From the sequence record OZ035759.1: a stretch of DNA of 64,000 nucleotides. One strand, written 5' to 3'. Shown here one piece after another: positions 28,688 through 39,800 of this stretch. Source of the stretch: Mosigvirus mar005p1. The first letter of the stretch is position 1. Every line of letters begins with the position of its first letter. The notes beneath the pieces were generated by a model. The model saw nothing but the letters and a program-made list of their open reading frames with translations, did not search any database and was not told where the DNA came from. Both the position numbers and the translations under genes were made by a program.

Positions 28688-30943
28688 TTAAAGCTTACAA
28701 GCGGAGCAATCTTCAGCTTTAGGCGTTTCTAACTCATAGTCATCTGTACCAGAACCATCTCGAGTGTTATGATAGTAAAGGTTTTTACCACCAAAGTACC
28801 AGAAGTAAAGCAGATCGTCAAGCATTACAGACATTGGCACTTTGCCTTTCTCAAAGACTGAAGGGTCGTAGTATGTATTAGCAGAAGCAGATTGGCACAC
28901 CCATTTCAACATGATAGCAACTTGGGTCAAATAAGGTTTATTACCTTTCTTAGCAAGTTTCCACGCGTAGTCGTAAAGATTCATGTTATGTTCGATATTA
29001 GGAACAACCTGTCGGAAGTTGCCTTCTTTAGATTCTTTAATACTTACTGGACCACGTGGTGGCTCAATCCCGTTTGTAGAGTTTGATACTTGACTGCTTG
29101 ACTCACAAGGCATGAGTGCAGACAACGTTGAGTTACGAATTCCATGTTCTTTGAGTTCAGCTCGAAGTTCTTCCCAGTCACAGACGTAGTTCGGGGCTGC
29201 GATTTGGTCAATCTTTTTATTGTACCAGTCGATAGGTAATTCGCCTCTAGACCATTTAGTGTCTGAATAATACTCGCAACATCCTTTTTCTTTGGCGAGT
29301 TTGATTGAAGCTTTGATAAGGCCATATTGCAATCTCTCAAACAATTCATGAGTCAAATCGTTAGCGTCTTCATATGAAGCGAAGTTAGAAGCTAACCATG
29401 CAGCATAGTTCGTAACACCAACACCAAGATTACGTCGCTTTTTAGCTTTTAAAGCTTCTGGAACCGGATAATCTTGATAGTCTAACAGGTTATCAAGTGC
29501 ACGTACTTGTACTTCAGCCAGTTCATTAATTTTATCTTGGTCTTGCCAATCAAATTTATCTAATACAAAAGCGGATAACGTGCATAAACCAATTTCAGCG
29601 TCAGGACCATTCACATCATTAGTTGGAATAGCGATTTCACAACATAAGTTACTCTGACGAATTGGAGCTTTTTCACGAATAAATGGAGTGTAGTTGTTCG
29701 TGTTATCAACAAACTGTGGATAAATTCGAGCAGTACCAGAACGTTCAGTCATGAACAATTCAAAGAGTTCTAGTGCTTTGATTCTTTTCTTTCTGATTGT
29801 TGGGTCTTTTTCAGCTTTCTCATAAAGCTCACGGAATTTATCTTGATCTTCAAAGAACGAGTAATATAGTTCGCCTGACATTTCGTGAGGGCTAAATAAA
29901 GTAATATAATCATTTTTGCCAAGGCGTTCCATCATGAGGTCATTAATCTGAATTCCATAGTCCATATGTCGAATACGGTTTTCATCCACGCCTTTGTTAT
30001 TTTTCAGAACTAATAGGTTCTCTACTTCTAAGTGCCACATCGGATAATACGCTGTAGCAGCACCACCACGAATACCGCCTTGAGAACAAGATTTTACTGC
30101 AGTTTGGAAATGTTTCCAGAATGGAATAACACCCGTATGTCGAACTTCACCCATACCGATCTTAGAACCTTCTGCACGAAGCATACCAACGTTGATACCA
30201 ATACCAGCTCGTTTAGAAATATATTCAATAATTGATGCTGAAGTTTTGTTAATAGATTTTAACGAATCACCGGCTTCAATAACTACACAACTAGAGAACT
30301 GGCGAGTTGGAGTACGAGCACCTGCCATAATTGGAGTAGGCAATGAAACTTGATGAGTAGAAACGGCGTCATAAAAACGAATAATATGTTTCAAACGGTC
30401 ATGAGTTTCGTCTTGATGTAAGGCCATGCCAATAGCCATGATAGCAAACTGTGGAGTTTCATAAATCTTCCCAGTCGTTTTATCTTTAACTAGATATTTT
30501 TCTTTAAGCTGCATAGCACCAGCGTAAGTCAGGTCAAAGTCTCGTTCATGTTTAATCTGTGAATCGAGATAAATGATTTCTTCTGCTGAATATTGAGACA
30601 ACAGCTCAGGGTCATATTTGCCTTCATTAACACAGTAAGAAATATGGTCGATAAAAGCAGGCGGTTCAAACTGCCCATATACATCTTTACGAAGTGCAAA
30701 CATTAGCCCTTTAGCGGCGACATACTGATAATCAGGTTCTTCGACAGAAATCGAGTTAGCTGCAACTTTAATACAAATCTTCTGAATATCTTTGGTGCTC
30801 ATCCCATCGACAAGATGGGTCTTAATTTCTTCGTACAATTCATATGGGTCGATTTGTGTTCCTTCACATTGCCAAGTTAAGACTTGAATAATTTTCTGTG
30901 CATCAAAATTTTGGGATACACCACTGCTCTTAGTTACTTGCAT
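28688..30943 (-). CDS. nrdA: ribonucleotide reductase large (alpha) subunit
   Basis: 751 aa; catalytic-site motifs; T4 synteny. Confidence 0.95.
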   Translation of the reverse strand: MQVTKSSGVSQNFDAQKIIQVLTWQCEGTQIDPYELYEEIKTHLVDGMSTKDIQKICIKVAANSISVEEPDYQYVAAKGLMFALRKDVYGQFEPPAFIDHISYCVNEGKYDPELLSQYSAEEIIYLDSQIKHERDFDLTYAGAMQLKEKYLVKDKTTGKIYETPQFAIMAIGMALHQDETHDRLKHIIRFYDAVSTHQVSLPTPIMAGARTPTRQFSSCVVIEAGDSLKSINKTSASIIEYISKRAGIGINVGMLRAEGSKIGMGEVRHTGVIPFWKHFQTAVKSCSQGGIRGGAATAYYPMWHLEVENLLVLKNNKGVDENRIRHMDYGIQINDLMMERLGKNDYITLFSPHEMSGELYYSFFEDQDKFRELYEKAEKDPTIRKKRIKALELFELFMTERSGTARIYPQFVDNTNNYTPFIREKAPIRQSNLCCEIAIPTNDVNGPDAEIGLCTLSAFVLDKFDWQDQDKINELAEVQVRALDNLLDYQDYPVPEALKAKKRRNLGVGVTNYAAWLASNFASYEDANDLTHELFERLQYGLIKASIKLAKEKGCCEYYSDTKWSRGELPIDWYNKKIDQIAAPNYVCDWEELRAELKEHGIRNSTLSALMPCESSSQVSNSTNGIEPPRGPVSIKESKEGNFRQVVPNIEHNMNLYDYAWKLAKKGNKPYLTQVAIMLKWVCQSASANTYYDPSVFEKGKVPMSVMLDDLLYFWYFGGKNLYYHNTRDGSGTDDYELETPKAEDCSACKL

Positions 30944-31030
30944 ATATTCCTCAGTATAGGTTGATAGACATTACTCCAAACGGGATAGTATTTATCCCGT
31001 TAATTTATTATACACTTTTAAACTGAAGTG

Positions 31031-31285
31031 TTAATTATCCTTAGCAATAATTTCTTCATATTCTTTAGGTGTCAAGACCGTGATATTAAAATAAACCAAC
31101 GGTTCTTTTTCTATACCGAATCCACCACAGAATTCACGATATTCATAAATTCGTTCATGTGAATAACAAATGAATCGTTCACCTTTAACTGTGATTTCAC
31201 TATTCGGTGAAGGGATATCCAGTTCGGTAGGATTTTTCATTTCAAAAATTGTGGTGCCATATGAATTAATAAAACGTAAAATCAT
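31031..31285 (-). CDS. nrdA.1-position hypothetical protein
   Basis: 84 aa. Confidence 0.45.
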   Translation of the reverse strand: MILRFINSYGTTIFEMKNPTELDIPSPNSEITVKGERFICYSHERIYEYREFCGGFGIEKEPLVYFNITVLTPKEYEEIIAKDN

Positions 31286-32146
31286 TTATACCGCCATTTT
31301 AGCTTTGATAGTTGGATGAGATTCGTAATTTTTAAGAACGAAATCAGAATGTGTCATCGTTCCAGTAACCCAGTCCATTTGGATTTTTGTAGGCCAATTC
31401 TCAAAATTACTAGGCCAATTAATTTCAAGAGAACATAACTCTTTAGGTTCACGACTAAGAACTTCTTTGCATTGTTCTACATGATTGCTGTAGATATGAG
31501 TGTTGCCGCCTGAGAACACTAAATCACCTGGGATAAGGTTACACATCTTCGCTACAATATGCGCCAAGGCGGCGTACGAGGCAATGTTGAACGGCAGGCC
31601 CAAGAAAACATCTACACTGCGTTGATACCATTGTAAATCAAGATGTCCATTACGCACATTAAATTGATAGAACATATGACAAGGAGGAAGAGCCATTTGG
31701 TCAATTTCGGCTGGGTTCCATGCAGAAACTATTTGACGACGATCATTAGGAAGAGCTTTAATACGGTCGATAGTTTTGACCAATTGGTCTACACCACCAA
31801 AATCACGCCATTGCTTACCATAAATAGGACCAAGTTCACCACTATGATATCCAAGGTCTTTTGCCTGATTTTCATAGTTGTCGTCCCAAATAGTTTTACC
31901 TTGAATAAGACTACCATGAGTACGAATACGCAAATCATTAACATTGGTAGAACCAGACATGAACCACAGTAACTCGGCAATACAAGCTTTCCATGCTAAT
32001 TTCTTAGTTGTTACTGCAGGGAATCCTTTAGTCAGATCCCAACGTAATTTAGTTCCGAATAGAGCAATTGTTCCTGTGCCTGTACGGTCGTCAGTTTCAT
32101 AACCATTTTCTAGGATATCATTAATCAGGTATTGGTATTGTTTCAT
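31286..32146 (-). CDS. td: thymidylate synthase; uninterrupted (no group I intron)
   Basis: 286 aa; near-identical to recalled T4 Td exon protein; active-site PPCH motif. Confidence 0.95.
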   Translation of the reverse strand: MKQYQYLINDILENGYETDDRTGTGTIALFGTKLRWDLTKGFPAVTTKKLAWKACIAELLWFMSGSTNVNDLRIRTHGSLIQGKTIWDDNYENQAKDLGYHSGELGPIYGKQWRDFGGVDQLVKTIDRIKALPNDRRQIVSAWNPAEIDQMALPPCHMFYQFNVRNGHLDLQWYQRSVDVFLGLPFNIASYAALAHIVAKMCNLIPGDLVFSGGNTHIYSNHVEQCKEVLSREPKELCSLEINWPSNFENWPTKIQMDWVTGTMTHSDFVLKNYESHPTIKAKMAV

Positions 32147-32730
32147 TTATATACGCTCTCAGTAATTTCGGTGAGTTCATCGATTCTATAGTAATGAGAT
32201 TCTACCATAGAACGTTGAAGCATAATATCTTGGATGAAATCTTTATCAAGCTGAACGTCTGAATTAACACGACATTTCTTAATGATTTTAGTCATCACGA
32301 TTTCATCGGCATAAGGCAGTGCTTGTTTTAATAAAGCCGGGCCACCAATAACAGATACATCAACATGTTCAGTAGAAAGTTTAAACGGTACATCAGTTGC
32401 AGGGCTAAACAGGTTAATTTCACAACCTGTTACCAAGGTAATAAATTCAGATTGGGTGATATAGAACCGTGCAAGTTCATCAGTTTTAGTCCTAGGCAGT
32501 TTTCTGGCCATATCAGTGACAACCACATGAGTACGATCCGGGAGTAGACGAGGTAATGATGCAAAAGTCTTAGCACCCATAACCATTACAGTGTTTTTAG
32601 TGCGAGCAACAAAGTTACTCATATCTTGTTTGATATGCTTCCATGGAAGTCCATCACCTAATCCAAAAGCATATTCAAGTTTATCATCAACTGTTTTAGA
32701 CGGTGCGCATGCGAATACTAATTTAAGCAT
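32143..32730 (-). CDS. frd: dihydrofolate reductase
   Basis: 195 aa; T4 synteny. Confidence 0.9.
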   Translation of the reverse strand: MLKLVFACAPSKTVDDKLEYAFGLGDGLPWKHIKQDMSNFVARTKNTVMVMGAKTFASLPRLLPDRTHVVVTDMARKLPRTKTDELARFYITQSEFITLVTGCEINLFSPATDVPFKLSTEHVDVSVIGGPALLKQALPYADEIVMTKIIKKCRVNSDVQLDKDFIQDIMLQRSMVESHYYRIDELTEITESVYK

Positions 32731-32732
32731 TT

Positions 32733-32981
32733 TTATTTCCTCAGATTTTTCTTAACAACTTTCCAATCAGCTTTAAACGATTCAACATCAGAGTGGTGAA
32801 TCCAGAATCCTGCGCTTTCACCATCTTCGTAGAGTGGACATCCATCACATTCTTCGTTCCAACCAATTTCACGTAAAGCTTCTTCAGCTTGTTCAAGGAG
32901 TTTAGCGTCTTTACCAACGATGTTGAAGTACCATTTACCTTTAACTTCAGAATCGTTAATGCTTTGGCGTTGTAATCTCAT
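32733..32981 (-). CDS. frd.1-position hypothetical protein
   Basis: 82 aa; GAGGAGAA RBS; early promoter upstream. Confidence 0.5.
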   Translation of the reverse strand: MRLQRQSINDSEVKGKWYFNIVGKDAKLLEQAEEALREIGWNEECDGCPLYEDGESAGFWIHHSDVESFKADWKVVKKNLRK

Positions 32982-33007
32982 TTTATTCTCCTCTTGATGA
33001 TAGGACC

Positions 33008-33037
33008 ACTATAACATAGCCCTATCATGGTGTAAAC
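33008..33037 (-). promoter_or_regulatory. T4 early promoter (GTTTACA N17 TATAGT, minus strand)
   Basis: plus actata 33008..33013, tgtaaac 33031..33037. Confidence 0.5.
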
Positions 33038-33423
33038 TACTTTTTAAAAGTTTTTTGTAAAAGTTCAATGATTTCATCGACGTTGGTTTTATCTACAACA
33101 CAATGAATTTTTGTTACACCCAAATCTATACCTTCGTTAACCTGTTGAGGCTTTTCTAATGTTACCTCGGTAAAGTATTTGAATTCTTCAGAATAAATCT
33201 CAAAATACGTCTCAAGTGGTCCACCTGCGCTGTATTCAGTGCCATCTTCCATAGTTACACGTACCACACATTCACCGGCGCAATCGTCACTTTCTATTTC
33301 GTTGACAACAAAACTAGGTCCGTGCTTCTCTATTAATTTTAGCATCATTGCGTTGCAACGGCATTCGTTGGCAAAGTCATCTTTAAATAAAGGGTTAATG
33401 ATATAAGATTTTCCGATTTCCAT
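33037..33423 (-). CDS. frd.2-position hypothetical protein
   Basis: 128 aa. Confidence 0.5.
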   Translation of the reverse strand: MEIGKSYIINPLFKDDFANECRCNAMMLKLIEKHGPSFVVNEIESDDCAGECVVRVTMEDGTEYSAGGPLETYFEIYSEEFKYFTEVTLEKPQQVNEGIDLGVTKIHCVVDKTNVDEIIELLQKTFKK

Positions 33424-33452
33424 TTTGATTTCCTCATGTTGTTGATAGGTCT

Positions 33453-33482
33453 ATACTAACACATCCAGGGAAGAAGTAAACA
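33453..33482 (-). promoter_or_regulatory. T4 early promoter (GTTTAC N17 TAGTAT, minus strand)
   Basis: plus atacta 33453..33458, gtaaac 33476..33481. Confidence 0.5.
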
Positions 33483-33512
33483 ACTTTTTTGGCAATTTAC
33501 AGATACTCAAAA

Positions 33513-33530
33513 GGGAGACCGAAGTCTCCC
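33513..33530 (-). terminator. rho-independent terminator after gene 32 (GGGAGAC UUCG GUCUCCC then UUUU)
   Basis: perfect 7-bp stem, UUCG loop, U-tract; sits 6 nt after gene 32 stop. Confidence 0.7.
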
Positions 33531-33536
33531 AATTTA

Positions 33537-34436
33537 TTATAGACCAGCTAACAGGTCATCGAGGTCGCCATCGTCAGAAGACGAGGAACTCATGAAGTCA
33601 TCTTCAGTTTTTGCAGAACCAAAGGCTTCCATGTCTTTATCAAAATCATCAAGGTCAGAAGCAACTTTATCTGCAACAGAAGCTGCTGCGGCTGCTGCAC
33701 CACCAAGAGCGGCAGTACCAAGAACCTTAGCGAAAGATTCGTTTAATTTTTCAAAGGATTTGAACTGGTCTTTAGCCGTCAAAGTAGTAAGGTCTACCAT
33801 CTGGTCATATAGTTCTTTCTGGAATGCTTCGTCATTAATACGAGGAATTTCAGATTGACCCAAGAATTTAGATTCGTCATAGTTGCTAAAACCAGAAACC
33901 TGCTTAGCTTTCAGAACGAAGTTGGCACCTTCAAACGGACAAGTAACATCAACTGGAGTTTCACCCATTTCGGTATCAACAGCAATCATTGCATTGATTT
34001 TGTCCCAAATCTTTTTACCGAAACGATATTTAAATACTTTACCTTCGTTATCTGGAGCTTGAGGGTCTTTAACAACCAGAATATTAGCCCAATAAGAAGT
34101 TTTACGTTTCAGTTGAGAATATTCATTTTTGTTGGTATTGTACAGGTCATTTTTACTAATGTACTGACATACAGGACAAGAGTCGTAATCACCGTGTGTA
34201 GAAGAGCAATTTTCAATATACCATTTACCATTTTTCTTGAAACCGTGGTTAACAAGAATTGCAAATGGTAGTGCATCATCAGTTTTTGCTGGCAAGAAAC
34301 GAATTACCGCTTGACCATTACCTGATGCATCTAGCTTCAGCTTCCATTCGCCTTTATCTTCTGAAGAGAAACCTTTGTTACCGTTCAGTTTAGCCATTTG
34401 AGCAGCGAGGTCAGCAGTAGATTTACGTTTAAACAT
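33537..34436 (-). CDS. 32: single-stranded DNA-binding protein gp32
   Basis: 299 aa; near-identical to recalled T4 gp32. Confidence 0.95.
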   Translation of the reverse strand: MFKRKSTADLAAQMAKLNGNKGFSSEDKGEWKLKLDASGNGQAVIRFLPAKTDDALPFAILVNHGFKKNGKWYIENCSSTHGDYDSCPVCQYISKNDLYNTNKNEYSQLKRKTSYWANILVVKDPQAPDNEGKVFKYRFGKKIWDKINAMIAVDTEMGETPVDVTCPFEGANFVLKAKQVSGFSNYDESKFLGQSEIPRINDEAFQKELYDQMVDLTTLTAKDQFKSFEKLNESFAKVLGTAALGGAAAAAASVADKVASDLDDFDKDMEAFGSAKTEDDFMSSSSSDDGDLDDLLAGL

Positions 34437-34552
34437 TATATTTACCTTTATTTAGATTATTTAATTTATTTACAGTTGGTTGCTACGACACTTATACCTC
34501 GTAGCTGGTATGATTTATTTATAAAGTAATTTTAACACACAAGAAATAAAGC

Positions 34553-35206
34553 TTAATACTTACATGATTTGATTGTTTCTATGAACAATTTCTTAGCAGC
34601 ATTTCCATCGATTTGAAGTATTTTTCGATATGCCTTTAATTTGGTAGAATAATTTTGCCAGACTAAATTGTCGGTAAGTTCGTCATGCTTATCTATAATA
34701 TTCAAGAATGAATCCAACAATAAGAAAGTTTCAAATGAAATTATATTGCTTTGTAGCAATTTAAATATGTAGCTCGACTGAACTTTATTATTATAATCAA
34801 ATATCTCTTGAAGCGCACTAACTTCCACTTTCTTACTGAAATAGTAGATGTTACGTACGTCTTCAGCAAACGTCTCCTTGGCTTGTTTGAGACGTCCAAT
34901 ATATTCCCTATAGAAAACTAATGCATCAGCGTCTGATATCTCACCAATCCACGCATCTTGGTTAGCAACTAAGTTACTGATGAATATCAAGGTGAGTTCC
35001 TTTAACTTATATTTCTCTGCTAGTTTCTCAAAGAAATATTTATCTCGGCGTTTTTGATACGCATTATCCGAAACACGCATGCACCAGTTATATTTGATTA
35101 CGTCATACCGACCATTAAAATGTTGTTTGCACATCAAGTATAGTTTGTATACCGATTTTCCGTTAATATAACGTTCTCCATCAGGAGGCATGCGTATTTT
35201 AATCAT
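34553..35206 (-). CDS. 59: helicase loader gp59
   Basis: 217 aa; T4 synteny and size. Confidence 0.9.
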   Translation of the reverse strand: MIKIRMPPDGERYINGKSVYKLYLMCKQHFNGRYDVIKYNWCMRVSDNAYQKRRDKYFFEKLAEKYKLKELTLIFISNLVANQDAWIGEISDADALVFYREYIGRLKQAKETFAEDVRNIYYFSKKVEVSALQEIFDYNNKVQSSYIFKLLQSNIISFETFLLLDSFLNIIDKHDELTDNLVWQNYSTKLKAYRKILQIDGNAAKKLFIETIKSCKY

Positions 35207-35541
35207 AATAAGAAATCTAAAGTATTAGTTTTTTCACCACGAGCAACTGATGGGCGAAGCATGTTTTCGTCAATTGCTTCGCTTGTAATTTTTTCAACAA
35301 TTCCTGTAGGAATAAATTTAGCAAATTGTGTTTCTGGAATAGAATTTTCTTCCAAGAAAGCAGTTGTTGCTTCTAAATAAGACATACCAAATTGTTCAAC
35401 CATGGATTCGATAATGAATCCGTTTTCTTGTCGGTCAAGCAATTTAGCGATATCATCTTTATCGTGTTTTACTGCTAATTCTTGTTCAGATAAACCGGCC
35501 TCATCAACCGGTTTAATATCACTTAGTGAAAACTGTGTCAT
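35203..35541 (-). CDS. 33: late transcription co-activator gp33
   Basis: 112 aa; T4 synteny and size. Confidence 0.85.
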   Translation of the reverse strand: MTQFSLSDIKPVDEAGLSEQELAVKHDKDDIAKLLDRQENGFIIESMVEQFGMSYLEATTAFLEENSIPETQFAKFIPTGIVEKITSEAIDENMLRPSVARGEKTNTLDFLL

Positions 35542-35788
35542 AAAGCTCGACTACCTCTTCGTTTTCAGCTTCAAATTGATCACGAGCGTCTTTATGATAA
35601 AGAGCTAACAAACGATTAAACATTTTTCCATCAACGCCAAGCTCTTCTTTAGCACGAGTACGAATGTCTTTAATCAGTTCATTATAACCAGAAATTTTAA
35701 GTTTGTTATCGGAAGCTTCCTTGACTAGTTTAGCCAGTTCTTCACCATGCACATCTTGATTAAATTCAACTGCTTCTTTCTTAGCCAT
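35519..35788 (-). CDS. dsbA: DsbA double-stranded DNA-binding protein (start at internal Met MAKKEAV with GAGG RBS; track ORF began at 35806)
   Basis: 89 aa; T4 synteny and size. Confidence 0.75.
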   Translation of the reverse strand: MAKKEAVEFNQDVHGEELAKLVKEASDNKLKISGYNELIKDIRTRAKEELGVDGKMFNRLLALYHKDARDQFEAENEEVVELYDTVFTK

Positions 35789-35795
35789 GTTTACC

Positions 35796-36713
35796 TCAGA
35801 ATTCATTAATTACACTTGTTAATTTAGAAAGACCAGATTTTACAAAGTATGAATAAATCTTGCCTTTAGGTTGTGGTTTATATGAGTTATAATACTCTAT
35901 AATGGTTGAAGCAATATTATCAGGGATATAATCAAAATCAATGAGAACCAAATTTTCTTGATACCGTTTATATTCTTCTGCACTTAATAATACTTCAGCT
36001 TGAGAACGGTCGTTAGCAATTGCTTCAATAATTGATGTTTTCATGCTTGGAGTTCGTTCACCTTCAACTCGAGTAAACCAGAAGTCACCACGAACTCGAA
36101 CAGATGCAACACCATCCTTACGGTCGCCTTTAAGAATTTTAGTCATGCAATCAATTTCAGCAGAACCGTTCTTAATTTTAACCCATTTTTTCTGTGGTGG
36201 CGACCACTGTTTAACGTTAGGATATTTGTGTAATTGTGTAAAGTCACCATCTGATGCAACAATACATACCTTATGACCAGCTAATGACAAATATTTAGTT
36301 AATACACCGATATGGTCGTCAGCTTCATACTTGTCAATATCCATTACAACGTATGGCATATATTTCTTAATCTCATCAACAACTTGATGGAGTGCAGTAA
36401 AATATCCTTCCCAATCCCACTTTGAAGCTTCACGATCGGTTTTACGATTTTTCTTGTAATAGTAAGCAAAGTCACGACGCCAATAACCCGAAGTAGCATT
36501 ATCCATACACAACACAAATTTTGTATAGCCTTGCTTACGGAACATCACGACATTTTTACGAATTGAATTCAAGATTACATGGCGAACCATCGGAACAGTA
36601 ATTTTATCGCCGTCTTCAAAGTTGTTTAATGCGGCTGCCAATGCAATGTTACTAAAGTCGGCAAGTGCAATACCTTCTTTGTAATCTTCATCCAACATCA
36701 TTTCTAAATCCAT
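35796..36713 (-). CDS. rnh: RNase H (5'-3' exonuclease, FEN family)
   Basis: 305 aa; T4 synteny and size. Confidence 0.9.
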   Translation of the reverse strand: MDLEMMLDEDYKEGIALADFSNIALAAALNNFEDGDKITVPMVRHVILNSIRKNVVMFRKQGYTKFVLCMDNATSGYWRRDFAYYYKKNRKTDREASKWDWEGYFTALHQVVDEIKKYMPYVVMDIDKYEADDHIGVLTKYLSLAGHKVCIVASDGDFTQLHKYPNVKQWSPPQKKWVKIKNGSAEIDCMTKILKGDRKDGVASVRVRGDFWFTRVEGERTPSMKTSIIEAIANDRSQAEVLLSAEEYKRYQENLVLIDFDYIPDNIASTIIEYYNSYKPQPKGKIYSYFVKSGLSKLTSVINEF

Positions 36714-36744
36714 ATGAACCTCTTGTTCAGTTAGTCAACTTGTC

Positions 36745-36774
36745 TATAGTAACACACTCATTTGAAAGCGTAAA
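36745..36774 (-). promoter_or_regulatory. T4 early promoter (GTTTAC N17 TACTAT, minus strand) upstream of rnh
   Basis: plus atagta 36745..36750, gtaaac 36769..36774. Confidence 0.5.
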
Positions 36775-36777
36775 CTG

Positions 36778-36785
36778 GTATAAAT
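36778..36785 (+). promoter_or_regulatory. T4 late promoter TATAAATA upstream of gene 34
   Basis: exact TATAAATA 32 nt upstream of ATG 36817. Confidence 0.7.
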
Positions 36786-36816
36786 AAGTATTATTGAAAC
36801 AATAAAGGAAAAACGA

Positions 36817-39800
36817 ATGGCCGACATCAAACGTAAGTTCAGAGCCGAAGACGGTCTGGACGCCGGTGGCGACAAGATTGTTAACGTAGCATTAGCCGAC
36901 CGTACAGTAGGTACTGATGGCGTAAACGTTGACTTCCTGGTACAAGAAAACACCGTTCAAGTATATGATTCTACGCGTGGATATAACAAAGGATTTGTTG
37001 TTCTTTATGACAACCGTTTATATCAAGCAATAAATGATATCGTGTCTCCTTCCGGGGCATTTAACCTTTTACAATGGCGTGCAGTTCGTACCGATGCACA
37101 ATGGATAACTGTAGCTTCTGGGACTTATCAACTTTCTTCAGGTGAATCGATTTCGGTTAACACTGGTGCCGGCAATGATATGGTTTTCACGTTGCCAAAT
37201 GCGCCGGTTGATGGTGACACTATTGTTTTGGCTGATATTGGTGGAAGAACCGGGGCAGTTAAAGTACAGATTAACGCGTCTGTGCAGAGTATTTTAAACT
37301 TTAGAGGCGAACAAGTTCGTACAGTTTTAATGACGCGTCCGCGTTCACAACTAGTGTTTGTGTTTAGTAATCGTTTGTGGCAGATGTATATCATTGATTA
37401 CGGTAAAGAATCAATCACTGTTACACCTGCTACACCATATCAAGCGCAAGCAAACGATTTTATTGTTCTTCGTTTTACTAGTGCAGCACCAATCAACATT
37501 ACACTTCCACGTAATGCTAACAATGGTGATATAATCAGCCTAGTTGATTTAGATAAATTAAACCCACTGTATCATACGATTATTAAAACATTTGATGATA
37601 CAACGTCTATTGGCGAAGTCGGGACTCATATCGTCGAAGGTAGAACTTCTTCTGACGCGTTTTTTGTTTTTGATGCTGCAAATAGTTTATGGCGTATATG
37701 GGAAGGCGACCAGAAATCACGTCTTCGTATTATCCGTACAGATTCAAATATTCGCCCAAATGAAGAAGTTCTTATTTTTGGTACAAATAACGCTACAGCA
37801 GAAACTATTAACCTTACGCTTCCTACAGGAATTTTGACCGGTGACACTGTTAAAATTTCAATGAACTACATGCGTAAAGGCCAAACAGTAAAAATTAAAG
37901 CTGCCGAAGGTGATACAATTGCTTCTTCTGTTGCATTACTTCAGTTCCCTAAACGTTCTGAATATCCACCTGATGCTCAATGGGTCTCTGTTACTGAACT
38001 AGAATTCAATGGCACTACTTCATATGTTCCTGTATTAGAATTAGCATATGTTGAAGACACCGATTCTGACACTCGTTATTGGGTTGTGCAACAGAATGTC
38101 CCTACAGTAGAACGTGTTGATGCCGGAACTGATGCTACACGAGCTCGTTTAGGTGTTATTGCTCTTGCTACTCAAGCGCAAGCAAATGCTGATTTAGAGA
38201 ATACTCCAGCTAAAGAAGTGGCTATTACTCCTGAAACGTTGGCAAATCGTACAGCAACTGAAGCTCGACGTGGTATCGCTAAAATTGCTACAACAGCACA
38301 GGTTAATCAGAATTCCACTGCAGCATTTGTGGATGATACTATTATTACGCCTAAAAAATTAAATGAGCGTACAGCAACCGAAACTCGTCGTGGTCTTGCT
38401 GAAATTGCTACTCAGGCTGAAACTGATGCCGGTCTTGATGACACAACGATTATTACACCTAAGAAATTGCAGGCACGTCAGGGTTCTGAAACACTATCTG
38501 GTATAGTTAAATATGTATCAACTACTTCTGCTACACCTGCCGCGACTCGTGGAGCTGCAGGCACTAACGTTTATAATAAAACCGTAAATAATTTAACTAT
38601 TTCTCCTAAAGCCCTTGACCAATATAAAGCAACTTATGCTCAACAAGGTGCAGTAATTTTAGCTGTTGATAGTGAAGTAATTGCTGGACAATCTCAAGCA
38701 GGTTATTCTCACGCTGTAGTAACTCCTGAAACACTACATAAGAAAACTTCTACTGATGGACGTATTGGTTTAATTGAAATTGCTACGCAAGCAGAAACTA
38801 ATGCTGGGACTGATTATACACGTGCAGTAACGCCTAAGACATTAAATGATAGGAGAGCGACGGAAGGATTATCCGGCATAGCCGAACTTGCTACGCAAGT
38901 TGAATTTGATACTGGAACTGATGATACTCGTATCTCGACTCCACTGAAAATTAAAACTCATTTTGATTCTTCTGACCGTACCAGTGTTAATTCTGATTCC
39001 GGACTTATTGAAGAAGGAACCTTGTGGAACCATTATACTCTTGATATTTCTAAAGCAAATGAAACACAACGTGGTACACTTCGCGTAGCGACCCAGGCAG
39101 AATCTAATGCAGGAACTTTAGATGATGTTCTTATTACTCCTAAAAAGCTTTTAGGGACTAAGTCCACTGAAACGTCTGAAGGCGTAATTAAGGTTGCTAC
39201 TCGTGATGAAACTGTAACAGGAACATCAGCAAATACTGCTGTATCTCCAAAAAATTTAAAATGGATTGTGCAGAGTGAACCTACCTGGGCAGCTACTACT
39301 GCGATAAGGGGATTTGTTAAAACTTCATCTGGTTCAATTACGTTCGTTGGTAATGATACAGCCGGTTCAACACAACCTTTAGAATCATATGAAAAAAATA
39401 GCTATGCGGTATCACCATATGAATTAAACCGTGTATTAGCAAATTATTTGCCATTGAAAGCTAAAGCCGTAGATAGTAATTTATTAGATGGTCTAGATTC
39501 ATCTCAGTTCATTCGTAGGGACATTGCACAGACGGTTAATGGTTCACTAACCTTAACCCAACAAACTAATCTGAGTGCCCCTCTTGTATCATCTAGTACT
39601 GCTACGTTTGGTGGTTCGGTATCTGCTAATAGTACACTGACTATTTCTAATACTGGAACGGCAACTCGTCTGATTTTTGAGAAAGGACCTCAGACTGGAA
39701 CTAACCCAGCACAGACGATGTCTATCAGAGTTTGGGGAAATGAATTTGGTGATGGTTCAGATACAACACGTTCTACTGTATTTGAAGTTGGTGATGAAAC

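Noticed and set aside
27459-32146. Group I introns or homing endonuclease genes in td/nrdB
   Set aside because: Both genes are continuous full-length ORFs and the adjacent spacers are too short for an intron.
33592-34271. Plus-strand track ORFs (88 and 138 aa) inside gene 32
   Set aside because: Antisense to gene 32; the first is Ala-rich low complexity mirroring the gp32 acidic tail codons.
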